64,000 nucleotides of DNA from Leucoraja erinacea (Eukaryota), in assembly GCF_028641065.1 (NCBI RefSeq), contig NC_073390.1, positions 26,412,001 through 26,476,000 on the forward strand, read 5' to 3'. The notes beneath the pieces were generated by a model. The model ran no database searches. It saw only the letters and a list, made by a program, of their open reading frames with translations, and was not told the DNA's origin. The position numbers were made by a program, and so were the translations under genes. Below, piece after piece: positions 62,546 through 64,000 of this stretch; the stretch's first letter is position 1; each line of letters opens with the position of its first letter.

Positions 62546-62809
62546 AGTAAGTGGTGCATTTTGTAGATGATACACCCTACGGCCATGTATGCCAGTGGTG
62601 GAGGGATGTGGTGCTGATCAAGTCGGCTTTTTGTTCTGGATGTTACTGAGCTTCTTGACAGTTTTTGGAACTATGCTTGTCCGGGAAAATGGAAAGTATC
62701 TATCGTACTTCTGCCCCGCCTTCTGGGCCATGGGAGGGCTCTAGGTTGTCAGCAAGTTAGGATATCCAGCCTCTGGCCTGCTCTCGTTGCTATGGTATTT
62801 GTTCAAATT

Positions 62810-63565
62810 AGATTAGTTTATTGTCATCTGCATCAAGGTGCATGAAATTCCTTGTTAGCGTGAAGCTCATAGAGTAAGCACTCTACATGACAATGATAAA
62901 TGTAACAACTAATTCAAAAAGACAGGACGGTTCAAAGATTCCAGTGCAATCTGAAGTGGTGAAAAAAACCCAATAAAATAATGCAATAACCAAATAAGGT
63001 AAAGAGTAAGGGTATGTGGCAGAATATTTAGGAATGGGATGTGAAAGAAGTGATGCCTGGATGCCTGGTCTTTCAAGTTCCTGTATCTTGTCTGATAAAG
63101 TAGAAGAGGGAACAGAGTAAAGAGTATGGTCAGGATGGCAGTCATCCTTGGTGATACTTGCAGCCTTCCTGATATGATGCAATGCACCATGAAGATGCAT
63201 TGGATGGAAGGATGTGATGAACCCGCGATGGACCAGCCTGAGCTCACCGCTCTGGTTCAGGTGTTCAAATGCACAGCAGATGCCTTACCAGACTGAAGTG
63301 CATCCCGTCAGAATGCTTTCCATAATGCAACTGTAAAAATTCCAGAGAATCTTTGTGGACATGTAAATACACCGCTGTGTGTTTTGATTACTGCATACGT
63401 GTAAAAGGACCAGGTCAGGAAGCAGGTGATGCGGATGCCTATGAACGTGAAGCTGTCAACCATATCTACAGCTGCTCCGTCGATGAGGAGAGTGTTGTGT
63501 TCACCGCTCACTTTCAGAGGTCAACAACCAACTCTTTTGACTTGCTAACATTAAGGGCCAGGTTG
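62810..63565 (-). mobile_element. Decayed Rex1/Babar RT 3' fragment
   Basis: LLIDGAAVDMVDSFTFIGIRIT..LTWS; IRKAASITKDDCHPDHTLY; GACAATAAACTAA tail. Confidence 0.75.
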
Positions 63566-63925
63566 TGTAGGAAGGAACTGCAGATGCTGGTTTACACCAA
63601 AGGTAGAAACAAAATTCTGGAATAACTCAACGGTTTAGGCAGCATCTCTGGAGAAAAGCAATAGGTGACTTTCAGGTCGAGACCCTTCAGATTGTGAGTC
63701 AGGGAAGAGGGAAATTAGAGATATGAAAAGGTACAAAGAGCAAATGAATGAAAGGTATGCAAAAGGACAAATCAAAGCCAGCAACTAAGCAGGATGCAGT
63801 GAAACTAATAGGCCAACTAGGGTGGGGGAGGGACGGAGAGAGAGGGAATGCAAGGGTTACTTGAAGTTCAATTTCAATATTTCAATATCAATCAATATTC
63901 ATAATGCTGGCTTGTAAGCTGCTTA
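63566..63925 (-). mobile_element. Penelope-like 3' fragment
   Basis: GGAAGGAACTGCAGATGCTGG..GGTCGAGACCCTTCAG..TCAATATTCATAATGCTGG. Confidence 0.75.
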
Positions 63926-64000
63926 TACTTCGCTTGGAAACTTACAACCCAGTACGGAATAAAGAGATAGGCGTAGCTGATGGTGGTATAGCATGATCAA

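Overview
Eukaryotic, repeat-dense DNA. The HE1-type SINEs, HER1/CR1 LINEs and Deu-domain SINEs point to a cartilaginous fish, most likely a skate or ray (inference). The only host coding sequence I can support is a 65-bp exon at 14439-14503 (+) encoding ETLLDTRIATAELGWTAFPSTG, i.e. exon 2 of an EphB receptor, most similar to EPHB1. The whole window is therefore probably intron 1 and intron 2 of that gene. The rest is layered transposon debris (CR1, Rex1/Babar, Penelope with hammerhead-like termini, tRNA and Deu SINEs, Harbinger and pogo MITEs, a Helitron-like end, a Tc1 end, an internally deleted Gypsy element) plus several repeat-free, motif-dense blocks that look like conserved enhancers. 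The standout is a 4.8-kb non-autonomous DIRS (tyrosine-recombinase) retrotransposon at 40674-45470 (-). Its terminal repeats and ICR are perfectly complementary although its ORFs are wrecked. Its 5' leader carries two tandem U2 snRNA 5' fragments next to an array of repeated hairpins that each contain a 5' splice-site-like motif. Family assignments come from recalled consensus motifs, not database searches, and boundaries of decayed repeats are approximate.
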